Assembly (NCBI GenBank): GCA_002503055.1
Contig: DAQX01000023.1
Location: 15,297-79,296 of the forward strand
Length of the DNA stretch: 64,000 nucleotides
Direction: 5' to 3'
Source: Euryarchaeota archaeon UBA86
GTDB taxonomy: Archaea; Thermoplasmatota; Poseidoniia; Poseidoniales; Thalassarchaeaceae
The translations under genes were made by a program, and so were the position numbers. Positions 9,242-21,500 of the stretch are shown in pieces (within the stretch, counting starts at the first letter, position 1; the number at the start of each line of letters is the position of its first letter). The notes beneath the pieces were generated by a model. The model worked only from the letters and a program-made list of their open reading frames with translations, made no database searches and was not told the DNA's origin.

Positions 9242-9808
9242 ATGTCACTAGACAAGTTAGCAGGTGAAATCAAGGCGATGGCCGAGGCCGAGGCTAAGGC
9301 TGTCACAGATGAGGCAGCTGCCGAGGCTAAGAGAATCGCCGACGAGGCGAAAGACATGGTCTCCGAGTACCGCGAAGAGGCCATTGCTAACGCTACCAGA
9401 ACATGCGATCAGATTGCAGTCGAGAGTATCGCAGCCGCAAGGCAGCGAAACCAGAAGACACTGCTAGTCGCTCGCAGAGCCGAACTAGATGCCACTTGGG
9501 AAGAAGTACTGTCACGTGCATCTTCTGCAGGCATGAAGGGAAGGGAGAAAGTGCTCAAGTCTCTATTGGCACAGGCTTCAGAAGAGGCCTCTTCAGGTAT
9601 GATACTCAAACCGGTAAAGACTGACAGTGACTTCCTCTCCAAGAACTCTTCTGGGTTTGAGATTGGAGATGAGGTTGAGGGCCTAGGCGGATTCGTACTT
9701 GAGGACGCACAAGGCTCGGTGCTGATGGATTATCGATTCGAGGGCCGTCTAAGGGAATCTTGGGACGATAGACTCGGCGAAGTAAGTAGCATATTATTCG
9801 GAGAGTGA
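9242..9808 (+). CDS. atpE: A1Ao ATP synthase subunit E
   Basis: N-terminal coiled coil, GLGGFVL motif and operon position. Confidence 0.88.
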   Translation: MSLDKLAGEIKAMAEAEAKAVTDEAAAEAKRIADEAKDMVSEYREEAIANATRTCDQIAVESIAAARQRNQKTLLVARRAELDATWEEVLSRASSAGMKGREKVLKSLLAQASEEASSGMILKPVKTDSDFLSKNSSGFEIGDEVEGLGGFVLEDAQGSVLMDYRFEGRLRESWDDRLGEVSSILFGE

Positions 9809-9813
9809 ACAGG

Positions 9814-10866
9814 ATGGCAATCGCAGCCGGGAGAAGTAACTGGGCCAATGCTGCAGCACGCAGTAAGGCCAGGAAGTCCAATTTGTTGGATGAGACCCGG
9901 CTGCGCCAACTCCTGAAGAGTGGCCCGGACACGATTGCCGCTAGTATTGGCGAGCTTGATTATCGCAAGGAGATGGATATCTATTCTGCAAGACTCAGTG
10001 GCGCTGACCTCGTAGAGGCGGCTTTGGCCCACAATCTTGAGAGAGAAGTTTCTGAAGTAATGAATTATTGCCAAGGTAGCCTCAGAAGTATAGTTGCGGT
10101 TTTCGCACTTCGTTTTTCTTACAGTAACGCTAAGGCAGTACTCCGTGCAGTGAATGGTGGAATCAGTGCAGATGACTTAGCAAATTCAGTTCTCCCTGAT
10201 GAGAATGATTTGAATATAGGATGGATCGAGATTGCCCGTCAAAGTGAGACACTCGAGGATGCCGCTGCTGCTATGCGCGGCACTCCTTGGGGCGCAGCAA
10301 TCCTAGGTATGGAAACCGACTCGCGCTTGCAGGAATATGAGGACAATCTCGACAGACACTACTACAAGGAAGCCATCAATGAACTGAAGGCCAGCGGCCT
10401 TGGTCACAGCCTTTTGCTAGGATATTTACGAAAGGAAATTGACCATCGCAATATAGTCAATCTTCTTCGCTCACTCAGACAGAATCTGCCTGTAGAGCAG
10501 AGAATGGATGCCATGCTCGATGGCGGCGGTGTTCTGAAGGGCGGTCTATTGAAATCAGCTGCCGAGGCAGATAGTCAGGACGCTCTAGTTGAGGTACTCC
10601 GACGCTCGAACATGGATACGGCAGATCTCGAAGAGAAACTAGAGGAATCCAAGGAACACGGAGGATTTGACCCCGTTGTCACCCTTCTGGCCGACGAGAG
10701 ACGATCGAACATGAGGAGAATGAGTCACCTCAATCCACTTTCGGCTTTCCCAGTGATTTACTACATAGAAAGTAAAGTAATCGAAGTACAGAATCTACGC
10801 CTGCTGGTGCGCGGCAAGGCTGTAGGTCTACCAGAAGATGTAATTGAAGCGCACATGACATTCTGA
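9814..10866 (+). CDS. atpC: A1Ao ATP synthase subunit C
   Basis: EIDHRNIVNLLR and KVIEVQNLRLLVRGK motifs; operon position. Confidence 0.9.
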   Translation: MAIAAGRSNWANAAARSKARKSNLLDETRLRQLLKSGPDTIAASIGELDYRKEMDIYSARLSGADLVEAALAHNLEREVSEVMNYCQGSLRSIVAVFALRFSYSNAKAVLRAVNGGISADDLANSVLPDENDLNIGWIEIARQSETLEDAAAAMRGTPWGAAILGMETDSRLQEYEDNLDRHYYKEAINELKASGLGHSLLLGYLRKEIDHRNIVNLLRSLRQNLPVEQRMDAMLDGGGVLKGGLLKSAAEADSQDALVEVLRRSNMDTADLEEKLEESKEHGGFDPVVTLLADERRSNMRRMSHLNPLSAFPVIYYIESKVIEVQNLRLLVRGKAVGLPEDVIEAHMTF

Positions 10867-10875
10867 GGTGAGAAG

Positions 10876-11175
10876 ATGGAGATAGTGATTGTAGGATCTC
10901 CCGAGTTCACACTTGGATTCCAATTAGCAGGCATTAATCGCCTGCATAACCCGAGTAATGATGAGGAGATGAGTGATACTCTTCGTAGACTACTCGATGA
11001 GAAAGAAGTCGGAATAATCGTTGCAGATTCGGCCGACCTGATGCGTATGCCGGACAAGTTGAGACAGCGAATGTCCGACAGCATAACGCCCACAGTTTTG
11101 GGCATTGGGACAGAGGAGGACAATACCCTCCGCGAGTCCATCAAGTCTGCTCTAGGAGTAGACCTTTGGAAGTAG
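10876..11175 (+). CDS. atpF: A1Ao ATP synthase subunit F
   Basis: IVGSPEFTLGFQLAGI and ALGVDLWK. Confidence 0.93.
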   Translation: MEIVIVGSPEFTLGFQLAGINRLHNPSNDEEMSDTLRRLLDEKEVGIIVADSADLMRMPDKLRQRMSDSITPTVLGIGTEEDNTLRESIKSALGVDLWK

Positions 11176-11207
11176 ATTCCTCGAATACAGGATAAGGAAG
11201 TGAAAAA

Positions 11208-12950
11208 ATGAGTGAAGAAAGTGGATTGATTTACAGAATCTCAGGTCCGGTCGTAACGGCCGTCGGCATCTCGCCGAGAATGTACGAAGTGGTACGAGTT
11301 GGAGATGAGGGTCTGATGGGAGAAGTGATTGAATTGCACGGTGACCAGTCGGTCATTCAAGTGTATGAGGAGACCTCGGGCATCAAGCCAGGTGAGCCAG
11401 TAGTCAGAACAGGCCAAACCCTGTCTGTCAAGTTAGGCCCTGGATTGCTGACTCAGATTTATGACGGGATTCAGCGCCCTCTAGAGTCACTAGAGGAGAC
11501 CATGGGCGTGTTCATCACGCGCGGTGTCGATGCTGATGGACTTGATCTTACTAAGAAGTGGGAGTTCAATGCTACAGCCTCGGCTGGCGACGAAGTCTCA
11601 GGTGGATCAGTTATCGGATTCGTCCAAGAGACCGAGACCGTCGAACACAAAATCATGATTCCTCCCGGGCATAGCGGCAAGATTGCCAGCATCGAGTCCG
11701 GTGAGTTTGACATCACGACCTCAGTGTGTACTCTCGAAGATGGTACTGAGATCGCGATGATGCAAGAGTGGCCGGTCAGAACTCCGCGTCCATTCAAGCA
11801 GAAGAACGCTCCAGATGTACCTCTAATTACCGGCCAGAGGATTCTCGACTTCCTGTTTCCACTAGCCAAGGGAGGTACAGCTGGTATCCCCGGTCCCTTC
11901 GGAGCCGGAAAGACAGTTACTCAGCAGCAACTTGCCAGATGGTCAGACGCTCAGATTGTGGTTTACATTGGATGTGGTGAGCGCGGTAATGAGATGACCG
12001 AGGTTCTGACTGAGTTCCCTCATCTTACCGACCCTAATACAGGAAAACCTCTGATGAACAGAACTACGATGATTGCAAACACATCAAACATGCCGGTCGC
12101 AGCCCGCGAAGCATCTGTGTACACTGGAATCACCATCGCTGAGTACTTCAGAGACATGGGATACGATGTGGCACTGATGGCAGACTCAACAAGCCGATGG
12201 GCCGAGGCCATGCGTGAAATTTCATCGCGTCTAGAAGAAATGCCTGGTGAGGAAGGATATCCAGCTTACCTATCGAGCAGACTAGCCGAGTTCTATGAGC
12301 GCGCAGGCCGTGTTCAGACTCTGGGCGGAGATGACGGCTCTGTTTCCGTTATCGGCGCTGTATCGCCTCCAGGAGGGGACATCTCAGAGCCGGTCAGCCA
12401 AGGTACACTCAGAATCGTCAAGGTGTTCTGGGGTCTCGATGCAGGGCTAGCAAGACAGAGACACTTCCCTGCAATTAACTGGCTGAGTTCGTACAGTCTG
12501 TATCCTCAGGCCCTAGACCAGTGGTACAGAGACAATATCGCGAGTGACTTCCCTGAGGTTCGAACCAAGATTAGCAGTCTACTACAAGTCGAGGCCGAAC
12601 TACAGGAAATTGTGCAACTGGTTGGATCGGACGCACTACCTATGGATCAGCAGCTGACCCTTGAAGTCGCTAGAATGATTCGTGAATTCTTCCTCCAGCA
12701 GAATGCATTCCACGATGTCGACACATTCAGTCAACTTGGACTACAATACGAGATGGCAAAAGCCATCCTAGCGTTCCAAGAAGAATCCGAGAAGGCAATG
12801 GCCGGGGGAGCCGGCCTTGAGGATGTAGTCAATGTGCCCGCTCGAACCGACCTGATGAGGGGCAGGTTCGAAGAGGGATACGCAGAACGCATCGGAGAAT
12901 TGCTTGGAGAGATGTCTAAGCAGATTGCCGAAACTATGGAGGACAACTAA
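11208..12950 (+). CDS. atpA: A1Ao ATP synthase subunit A (catalytic), no intein
   Basis: P-loop [17 protein letters not shown] and [10 protein letters not shown]. Confidence 0.98.
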   Translation: MSEESGLIYRISGPVVTAVGISPRMYEVVRVGDEGLMGEVIELHGDQSVIQVYEETSGIKPGEPVVRTGQTLSVKLGPGLLTQIYDGIQRPLESLEETMGVFITRGVDADGLDLTKKWEFNATASAGDEVSGGSVIGFVQETETVEHKIMIPPGHSGKIASIESGEFDITTSVCTLEDGTEIAMMQEWPVRTPRPFKQKNAPDVPLITGQRILDFLFPLAKGGTAGIPGPFGAGKTVTQQQLARWSDAQIVVYIGCGERGNEMTEVLTEFPHLTDPNTGKPLMNRTTMIANTSNMPVAAREASVYTGITIAEYFRDMGYDVALMADSTSRWAEAMREISSRLEEMPGEEGYPAYLSSRLAEFYERAGRVQTLGGDDGSVSVIGAVSPPGGDISEPVSQGTLRIVKVFWGLDAGLARQRHFPAINWLSSYSLYPQALDQWYRDNIASDFPEVRTKISSLLQVEAELQEIVQLVGSDALPMDQQLTLEVARMIREFFLQQNAFHDVDTFSQLGLQYEMAKAILAFQEESEKAMAGGAGLEDVVNVPARTDLMRGRFEEGYAERIGELLGEMSKQIAETMEDN

Positions 12951-12963
12951 GGGGGTGCCATGA

Positions 12964-14349
12964 ATGAGTGGAAAGGAATACAGAACAATTACTGATGTCA
13001 AGGGACCATTGGTCTTCCTTGAAAAAACAGAGCCAGTAGCCTACAACGAGATCGTTCAACTACGACTCTCTGATGGAACAATGAAGAATGGACAGGTGCT
13101 AGATACCAGCGATGATAAGGTCATTGTGCAGGTATTCGAGGGAACTGAATCGGTCGATAGACAGACTGGAGTAAAGTTCCTCGGGGATGTGTTCAGACTA
13201 CCGGTCAGCAAGGGGCTAATCGGACGTATCCTGGACGGTGCAGGTAAGCCAAGAGATGGTGGACCTGAGATTGTAGCAGAGGACATGGCCGACATCATTG
13301 GTGCGGCCATTAACCCATACAGTCGTGAGAGCCCAGAACAGTTCATCCAGACTGGAATTTCGGCTATCGATGCTTGTACCAGCCTAGTTCGCGGCCAGAA
13401 GCTGCCGATTTTCTCGGCATCCGGTCTACCACACAACGACATAGCTCTACAGATTGCTCGACAGGCAAGGCTTGTTGGCAGCGATGATGACTTCGTGGTG
13501 GTATTCTGTGCAATGGGTATCACTGCTGAAGAGTACAATTTCTTCGTGCAGGACCTAGAGAGGACCGGTGCCCTAGAGAATGCTGCACTTTTCGTCAATC
13601 TAGCAGACGACCCAGCTGTCGAGCGATTGATTACTCCTAGGCTGGCTCTAACTGCCGCGGAGTATCTCGCTTTCGAGCATGATTACCACGTACTGGTTAT
13701 CTACACTGATATGACAAACTACTGTGAGTCTCTACGTCAAATTGGTGCTGCTCGTGAGGAAGTTCCTGGAAGGCGTGGATACCCTGGTTACATGTACACT
13801 GATCTAGCTATGATGTACGAGAGGGCAGGCATGGTGAAGGGCAAGAAAGGAAGCATCACACAGTTCCCGATTCTAACAATGCCCGGAGACGATATCACAC
13901 ACCCCATTCCGGATCTTTCTGGATATATCACAGAGGGACAGATTGTGATTTCAAGAGAGTTGCACCAGAAAGGTATCTATCCTCCAATCAATGTTCTACC
14001 ATCTCTGTCGAGACTGATGAACGCTGGAATTGGTGAGGGCAAGACTCGCGAGGACCACAAGTCAGTCTCCGACCAACTCTATGCTGCTTATGCGGGAGGA
14101 AGGGAGTTGAGGGGTCTGGTAGCAATTGTCGGTGAGGACGCACTAAACGAGCGTGACCTTCAGTTGCTAAAATTCGCAGACATATTCGAGGACCAGTTCC
14201 TCAGACAGAGTCGCGACGAAGATCGCTCAATCGACGAAGGTACCCTAGACCTCGCTTGGAACTTGCTAACTAATATCGACACCAAGTATCTAGTTAGACT
14301 TGACCAGAAGTGGATCGATAAATACCATCCAACTGAGAAGAACTCGTGA
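12964..14349 (+). CDS. atpB: A1Ao ATP synthase subunit B
   Basis: [22 protein letters not shown] and [15 protein letters not shown]. Confidence 0.98.
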   Translation: MSGKEYRTITDVKGPLVFLEKTEPVAYNEIVQLRLSDGTMKNGQVLDTSDDKVIVQVFEGTESVDRQTGVKFLGDVFRLPVSKGLIGRILDGAGKPRDGGPEIVAEDMADIIGAAINPYSRESPEQFIQTGISAIDACTSLVRGQKLPIFSASGLPHNDIALQIARQARLVGSDDDFVVVFCAMGITAEEYNFFVQDLERTGALENAALFVNLADDPAVERLITPRLALTAAEYLAFEHDYHVLVIYTDMTNYCESLRQIGAAREEVPGRRGYPGYMYTDLAMMYERAGMVKGKKGSITQFPILTMPGDDITHPIPDLSGYITEGQIVISRELHQKGIYPPINVLPSLSRLMNAGIGEGKTREDHKSVSDQLYAAYAGGRELRGLVAIVGEDALNERDLQLLKFADIFEDQFLRQSRDEDRSIDEGTLDLAWNLLTNIDTKYLVRLDQKWIDKYHPTEKNS

Positions 14350-14379
14350 ATTAGTCATTGAATTAGGAGGATATAGAAT

Positions 14380-14997
14380 ATGGCGCTCGATATCAAGCCA
14401 ACCAGGTCCGAACTGATCAACCTTAAGCGACGCATCAAGCAAACCCAGAATGGGTACAATCTACTGAAGATGAAGCGTGACGGCTTGTTCCATGAGTTCA
14501 GGACACTACTCTCTGAGATGATTGAGGCAAGAGAAGGCCTAGTGGCAACCTATCGTGAGGCAGTTCAATCAATCAGTCTCGCTAGCGCAATTGAGGGCGG
14601 CCTCGCTGTCAAGAGCGCCGCAATTGCAATCTCTAGACACCCAGAAGTTACCGTAAGTCGACGAAATATCATGGGAGTCGTGGTACCAAATGTGGAAGGC
14701 ACCAACCTGACTACTAGCATCGATGAGCGCGGAACCGGTTTGATTGGAGGGTCTGCTTACATTGACGAAGCATCTGACGCCTACTCTGTTCTAATCGAGA
14801 AGATTGTCAAGGCTGCTGAGATGGAAGGAACTCTCAAGCGATTACTCGTTGAAATCGAGGCTACCAAGCGAAGAGTCAATGCTCTAGAGTATGTTGTAAT
14901 ACCTCAGATGGAAGAGGCCCGGAACTTCATCCAACTAAGACTCGAAGAGATGGAGCGAGAGGAAACATTCCGTCTAAAACGCTTCAAGAACAAGTGA
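14380..14997 (+). CDS. atpD: A1Ao ATP synthase subunit D
   Basis: KPTRSEL, LLKMKRDGL and TKRRVNALE. Confidence 0.96.
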   Translation: MALDIKPTRSELINLKRRIKQTQNGYNLLKMKRDGLFHEFRTLLSEMIEAREGLVATYREAVQSISLASAIEGGLAVKSAAIAISRHPEVTVSRRNIMGVVVPNVEGTNLTTSIDERGTGLIGGSAYIDEASDAYSVLIEKIVKAAEMEGTLKRLLVEIEATKRRVNALEYVVIPQMEEARNFIQLRLEEMEREETFRLKRFKNK

Positions 14998-14999
14998 TT

Positions 15000-15018
15000 C
15001 GGCGAACTTCGTTCGCCG
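15000..15018 (+). terminator. GC-rich stem-loop just after the ATP synthase operon
   Basis: CGGCGAAC-TTC-GTTCGCCG, a perfect 8-bp stem 2 nt after the atpD stop. No U-tract follows. Confidence 0.45.
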
Positions 15019-15075
15019 TGCGCGCGTGCGAGGGGTCAAATCAGACCTACCCCGGCCATGTATCTAGGTGGCACC

Positions 15076-17463
15076 ATGTCAGAGACTACAGAGCACCATC
15101 TCGATACCGAGACTTGGGGTGATAGGGAACTTCTCGAAGTCATCTGCAGCAGATACTTTCTGCTTGGCGGACAAGGAGTTTCGGAGTTGTCTTGGGAGGT
15201 CAATGGAAGAGAAGGGAGAAATCCCAGCGAGTGCCTAATCGCACTAAACCGACATTTGAAACAACTGAGTATGATTGCAGTCCTAGATGAGGGGGACCCA
15301 CCGATTATGTCGGTCGGACCTTTACCATCACAAACAGTTGTCATGCCTTCTTGGCAACAGTCTTTGGTATGGCTTTTGGCCGCATCCTTCACGACCCTAT
15401 CTGGATCCCTATGGATCTCCTCGATGGAGCCGGGACAACAACCGTTCGTCTCTTCAATTCTAGAGACCGCAATCGTCTTCTTTACACTACCAGTGTTGGG
15501 TTCAGCTCTGCTGGCAAGTTATGCCAGGATTTTCGTCTCAAAGGCATTCGAGGTAGAAAATTCACATCTCATACCCTTGGCTTTCCCAGTTTTTTCTCCT
15601 GAGTGGCCGTTCAGTCTAGTCTCTACTATTGGACAAAATAGACCTGACCTGCACCCAATTCCCAATCGTAAAGCCCTCGGAATGATCGAGTTAGCCGCCC
15701 CAGTAGTGTTGTTCACATGCGGAACTGCTCTAACAATTATCGGTCTAGGTTTAACCTCTGTACAGCCGCCAGAATTCGAGTCTTCACCAGTTGGAGTTGA
15801 TTTGAATCTGATTTCAGAGGTACTCGCTTCGATTCTAGTCGAACCACACACTATGCTCAGACTACAATGGATTCATCCAACCGGATTGGCAGGAATCGCT
15901 CTTTCGATTGTAAGTTGGGCACTTCTTCTACCGGTCCCCGGATTCCCTGGAGACAGGATTCTACACTCTTTACTCGGTCCCGGAGACATGCAGGATGATC
16001 GAAATCAAACCTCAATATTCATCTCTACTCTGGGATTCGTGCTGATAATTTTCATCTCTACTGAATACTGGCCTTGGTTGCTAATTGCAGCCATCGCTGG
16101 GTGGCGTAGATTCAGTCCAGAACATATCCCCGAACCTTTTGTTGTCGATGAGTTCGCGGGCCTAGACGAAATCCCAATGCGCCAGATTGCCACCCTTACT
16201 ATTGCAATTCTGCTGCTAGGTTATCCCGGACTTGAGCCAAGCTCTCAGATAGATCATTGGGATGGAGGAATTTCTACTGAAGATTGGCCAACCTCGATGA
16301 CCTTCGAGGGAGATACCGTGCAGCTAGAATTACCTCTAGAGCCATCAGGATTAATGCCAGTATCTGGATGGCTACAGATGCGTGTAGAAGGTGACCCTGT
16401 CGGTGAATGGCAGATCAATTCCGAGTGCCTCGACGAGAGGGAAGTGTGCAGATTTGAGGAAATTACCCAAGCTTCTCCCGCAGGAATATCAGTCAACCTA
16501 TCCAGAGAAGTTGATTCTACCCCTCACCCATTCAGACTTGTCATCCTCATTGATGTGCATGGGCATGTGGATGAGCATTCAATCGTATTCCGGCCCTCCG
16601 ACGCGACAACATCGATAGATCCACTTTGGATTCTCGTGGAGGACACAGAAACTCCAAGGATTTGCGTCGAGATTATTGTAGTGGAAGGAGACTATATCAA
16701 TCTGACCAATGGTAATCAATTCTGGTATTTTGAGAACGAGACTTCCCTCGGCCCGGGAATCCACGACCTTTGCATGAGGGGTCACGAGGGGGCCCTTTTC
16801 TCGCAGGGATGGACTCCTGACCATTTCTTTGCTATGGGCCCTACAGTCACAATTTTGAGGAATAATCAGACTCCACAAAACCTGGTCATGCCAATCGATG
16901 ATTCCCAACCCAAATTTCAATTCTCCGATGGAGATTGGAGGTTGCCGTTGTTCGAGCCTGTTGCGGACGAATTCTCGATTACTCGCGGTGAATCAGAGTC
17001 AGCATTCTGCCCCTCTACTGATGTCATCGTAGAAGTAAATTCAACGGGCGACTGGGAGAGGGAACTATCAGATAGATCTTCGATATTGATCCCAGCAGGT
17101 CATTCTGGAAATGGGACCATCAGGATGAGTGGGCCCGGGTGGCTAGCAATTTGTTCAGACACAAACATGCTATCATGGTACTCAATGGTCGAGGGACCGG
17201 ATGTTTTTACTTACTCAGGGGAAGAACTCACTATTTACAACAGGGAGAACTACTCAATGCCAATTTCAATCGACTGGACGGGCGATGCAGATGAATTCGA
17301 TAAATGGGAGATTTCGGTACCATCGGGGATCGATGCAATGTCAAGCGTCTTTGTTAACATAACCAGTAATGATGACTCTCATGCGCCACTGGTATACTGG
17401 GTGAACACTGATGAAAATGGGATTAATCTCAATCTTGCTGCTCGTTCCAATTTAGGTGATTAG
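15076..17463 (+). CDS. Site-2 protease (M50)-like membrane protein with large C-terminal domain; zinc ligands absent
   Basis: Layout includes IPNRKALGMIELAAPV, IHPTGLAG and LLLPVPGFPGDRIL (cf. NLLPxxxLDGGRI), but no HExxH. AGGTGG RBS before ATG 15076. Confidence 0.6.
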   Translation: MSETTEHHLDTETWGDRELLEVICSRYFLLGGQGVSELSWEVNGREGRNPSECLIALNRHLKQLSMIAVLDEGDPPIMSVGPLPSQTVVMPSWQQSLVWLLAASFTTLSGSLWISSMEPGQQPFVSSILETAIVFFTLPVLGSALLASYARIFVSKAFEVENSHLIPLAFPVFSPEWPFSLVSTIGQNRPDLHPIPNRKALGMIELAAPVVLFTCGTALTIIGLGLTSVQPPEFESSPVGVDLNLISEVLASILVEPHTMLRLQWIHPTGLAGIALSIVSWALLLPVPGFPGDRILHSLLGPGDMQDDRNQTSIFISTLGFVLIIFISTEYWPWLLIAAIAGWRRFSPEHIPEPFVVDEFAGLDEIPMRQIATLTIAILLLGYPGLEPSSQIDHWDGGISTEDWPTSMTFEGDTVQLELPLEPSGLMPVSGWLQMRVEGDPVGEWQINSECLDEREVCRFEEITQASPAGISVNLSREVDSTPHPFRLVILIDVHGHVDEHSIVFRPSDATTSIDPLWILVEDTETPRICVEIIVVEGDYINLTNGNQFWYFENETSLGPGIHDLCMRGHEGALFSQGWTPDHFFAMGPTVTILRNNQTPQNLVMPIDDSQPKFQFSDGDWRLPLFEPVADEFSITRGESESAFCPSTDVIVEVNSTGDWERELSDRSSILIPAGHSGNGTIRMSGPGWLAICSDTNMLSWYSMVEGPDVFTYSGEELTIYNRENYSMPISIDWTGDADEFDKWEISVPSGIDAMSSVFVNITSNDDSHAPLVYWVNTDENGINLNLAARSNLGD

Positions 17464-17464
17464 T

Positions 17465-18415
17465 ATGAGAATAGCGATCCTCGGAGTAGGCTCGATAGGC
17501 TCGGTTATTCTGGGGTGCTTGGCAGATACCGATGCTGAACTAATTGCGGTCTCTAGGGGAGAAATGTCCGATGAACTGTCAAATCAGGGATTGATAATCC
17601 ATTCTCCAGAGGGCGTAATAGAGGTCATTCCATCGGAGAGGTTCACTACTTTCGATAGCGAGTCGGGACCAGTCCCGGATTTTATCACAAACAGTTGTGA
17701 TGCAGCCTTCATATGCAGCAAGTCTGATTCGACGCCAGTACTCGCCCAGATAGCTGACGAGATACTTGTTCAGGATGGAATAGCAATCAGCCTACAAAAT
17801 GGAATGGGACACGCTCAAACCCTTGCCCATCGCCTAGGTAGAGAAAGAACGCTAGGCGGGATAACTACTCACGGCGCATGGAGAAATGAAACAGGCACTC
17901 ACTGGGTAGGCCGCGGAAATATCACCTTAGGTTCTCTTGACTCTACTAAACCATCAGGCAATGCCGAGAGATTAATTCGAACTCTGAATCAAGCAGGTTT
18001 GTCTCCAGACTGGTCTGATGACATCAATAGATCAATTTGGATAAAGCTACTAGTCAATGTAGCAATTAATCCAGTTTGCTCGATAGCAGGAGTTCGCAAC
18101 GGCGCGCTTCTTGAGGTGCCTGAACTTTGGTCCCAAGCAATATCTGCAATGTCCGAGGCAGCTACAGTTGCAACAGCTAGCGGAGTCGATCTCTCTGGGG
18201 TAGATATTGAGTCATTACTCAGAGAGGTCGCTACAAACACATCTGAGAACAGATGCTCGATGCTGCAGGATATCATGGCAGGCAGGAAGACCGAAGTTAA
18301 CCACCTATGCGGAGCCATTGTCGAGGCAGGAGAATCAGTAGGAGTCCCAACTCCAAGGAATGAGATGCTCCACGCGCTGATATGTGGTATCGAAATCTCA
18401 TCTGAATTCGACTGA
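17465..18415 (+). CDS. panE: 2-dehydropantoate 2-reductase
   Basis: ILGVGSIG, SLQNGMG, WIKLLVNVAINP and SMLQDIMAGRKTE. Confidence 0.92.
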   Translation: MRIAILGVGSIGSVILGCLADTDAELIAVSRGEMSDELSNQGLIIHSPEGVIEVIPSERFTTFDSESGPVPDFITNSCDAAFICSKSDSTPVLAQIADEILVQDGIAISLQNGMGHAQTLAHRLGRERTLGGITTHGAWRNETGTHWVGRGNITLGSLDSTKPSGNAERLIRTLNQAGLSPDWSDDINRSIWIKLLVNVAINPVCSIAGVRNGALLEVPELWSQAISAMSEAATVATASGVDLSGVDIESLLREVATNTSENRCSMLQDIMAGRKTEVNHLCGAIVEAGESVGVPTPRNEMLHALICGIEISSEFD

Positions 18416-18544
18416 TTGTGGCGATTTTTCTCTCCCTTCGTAATCGCTGTGCTGCGCCTATGGTAGCCTCAACATTCATAGGCAAACAGATTGGGAGGGA
18501 ACGAATGTCGTCGGCGATAATTCGTACGGCGAAAGGGTGAGGGG

Positions 18545-21500
18545 ATGCATCTAATACGAATGGAACTCGAGAACTTCAAGTCATTTGGAGGCGAAGTCAC
18601 CATCCCTCTCGAAGAAGGATTCACTGCGATAACTGGTCCAAATGGTTCGGGCAAGTCCAACACACTAGATGCTTTGGAATTCGTTCTGGGACCAAAGTCA
18701 ACCAAGTCCCTTAGGGCAGAAAATGTAACCCAACTGATATTCAATGGCGGTGAGAGAGGAAGGCCAGCCAAGCATATGTCGGCTACTCTAATCTTCAACA
18801 ATGAGCCCGATGAGACTGGTAGAAGGAGGTTGAGGATTGAATCAGATGAAGTCAGCTTCACTCGCTCAGTCAAACTCGGCAGGAAGGGAGCACCAATCTC
18901 TGCCTTCAGAATCGGAGACAAACCATCTACAGCCACAGAGATGAGGAGAGTTCTGGCAGAGGCCGGACTCAGGGCTGGAGGATACAACATTGTCAAGCAA
19001 GGAGATGTCACTAATCTTGCGACCATGACTGCCTACAAGAGAAGAAAAATCATCGAAGATGTGGCGGGAGTAACTGCCTATGATGATGAGATTAGGAAGT
19101 CCAATACTCAGAGAAAGCATGTTGAGAACAGCATTGAGACTATTGGAATTCTCGAAGATGATCAGAAGAATCGACTGAAGAGTCTCTCAAAGGAGCGTGA
19201 GCAGGCGCTCAAATTCAAGGAGTTGCAAGATGACCTAGACTCTTCTAGAATGGTACTCCACCAATCTAGGCATAGGAACAGGTCAGAGGATGTTGAACTA
19301 CTCGGCGAGGAGAGGACTCGCTACACGGGCGAAATAGATGAAATCGGAAACCAGGTCACTGTTGGCAACAAATCCCTACTCGCGCTCGATGAAGAAATGG
19401 TCAGAGTTGAATCAGAGATTAACGAAATCATGAGTGGCGATGCCAAGCAGATACTGGATACTATTCGTCAGTACGAAATCGAGATGGAGACGGGAGGGGA
19501 CAGAATTGCAGATCAAGAGGAAGCTATTGAAGCGGCCAACTCCGAAGCCGAAGAATTTGGCAAGGAACTTGAGGGTGCCCAGCAAGCCAAGTCAGAAGCA
19601 GAGACAGCACTCGAGGCGGCCCAGCAGAAACTTATCGATTCCAATACTGCTATCGAGGAGGCATCTAATGACGAGGCAGAAGCAAGGCAGGCAATCGAGT
19701 CAGGCGACAAACACGGCCGCGATCTGAAGCGTGCTTTGGGACTGGTTTCAGACAAAGTCGATGAGGCTCAGTCGGTATATGCCGAAAAGAGACTCGCAGC
19801 AGATCGGGCTGAGCAGTCAGAACAACTTGCATCCAGTAAACTAGCTGATCTTGAGGAGATGTTCGAAGAGGCTACAATGGTTCGCGACGATCTTGAACTC
19901 GTCGGAGAAGATCTACAAGGTGAGAATCCACAGGAGGACAGGACATCCCTAGCCGAGGAACTGCGTCGCTTGCAGAAGCAGGAGTCAAATCTTGCAGAAG
20001 ACAGGGATAGAGCCGAGAATAGGGTGAGGGAATCAGAGCGCAAGTTAAGTCGAGCCAGAGCTCGTCAGGAAGAGAGAACCAAGGCACCGGGCTCTGCAAT
20101 CACACTAGCCGCTCTAGCCAAACTTAGACAGAGCGGAGAAATCAAGGGAATACTGGGCTCTCTGGGTGAACTCACAGCACCTAAGGACAGCGCCCATGAA
20201 GAAGCACTCGCAGTCGCATTGGGCGGAGGTCTCAGAAGTATCGTAGTCAACGATGATGATGTTGCAGCAAAGTGCATCGCTTGGCTAAGACAAAATGGAG
20301 GAGGAAGGGCGACTTTTCTACCTCTGAACAAACTAAGTATCAACCGTCCAGGTGGCCGATCTCTGATTGTTGCCAACAACCCGGGAGTGGTAGGATTCGC
20401 CCACGACTTACTCGAATATGATCCAGAGATCGACACCGCTGTGAGATATGCCAGCAGGAACACATTGGTCGTTGACTCTATGGAGGTTGCAAGAAGAAAC
20501 ATGGGCGGAGTCAGAATGGTCACACTCGATGGCTCTCTCATCGAGAGTTCCGGAGCGATGACCGGCGGCTCTGCTACCAAGAATACTGCAAACGCCTTCG
20601 GCGGTGGTTCTGTTTCCAGCAGCTTAGATCGCCTAGAAGCTGCAGTCGATGAGGCGAATCTGATTTACTCTACAGTCGAAGCAGCACTCAGGGAGTTGCG
20701 AAGTAACCAGCAGGCATTGAGGGACCGTATTCATGGCCTAGATGACTCAGATAAGGCTCTACAGGCACGTAACTGGAAATCGGACATAAATAGGGCACAG
20801 AAGGATGTCGAAGATGTCCGCAAAAAAGTCCAAGCAGCAATTTCCGACTTCAAGAATCATCAGAAGAGCAATTCTGAGGCCAAGCAAGCCGCTGTCGAGG
20901 CCAAGCAAGAACTCGACTCAGTTTTGGATGAGAGATCTCAGGCCGCACTGGCTCTACAGGATCATGCTCCCGATCATCTCTCAAAGAAACTGAGAGACGC
21001 AGAACGAATAATGACCGAAGCAGAGCGACAAAGGCTCGTAGCAGAGTCTGCCATTTCAAGCTCCAAAGAAAGGATTGGAATCTTGGCAGAAAGAGTTGAA
21101 GAAATCTCCAAGCAAATCGAAAGGAAGCTTTCAATCGTCACCCAGGCAGAGAGTAGAATCTTAGAACTCAAGGGCAGCATAAGAGAAGCGACAGAGAAAC
21201 TAGATGATCTCAGAGAGCGAGCATCACAATTTGACGAGGAGCAGAAAGCACTCAATGAGCGCAGAGATGAGATAGTTGACGAGAGAGCAAGCCTCAGGGC
21301 ATCATTGGACAACCTATCTCAGAGGAGAGAAACTCTCTCTTCCCGAATTGAGGAACTAAATGGACAAATCCAGCAGAAGAGAGAGGCATTGGATGAGATT
21401 GTGGCCGAATTAGCGGCTGCTGGTATCAAAATTCCACCGGCCGATGTAGAACTGCCGACAGTAGCCGAGGCGGAAAAGAGCGTGCAGGGGCTCGAACGCC

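Noticed and set aside
11208..12950. Inteins in atpA (also checked gyrA, gyrB, cdc6, sufB)
   Set aside because: Lengths are normal and conserved motifs are uninterrupted.
18469..19026. 185-aa antisense ORF and the many similar Ser-rich antisense ORFs
   Set aside because: Reverse-strand shadows of well-supported acidic proteins, with no motifs.
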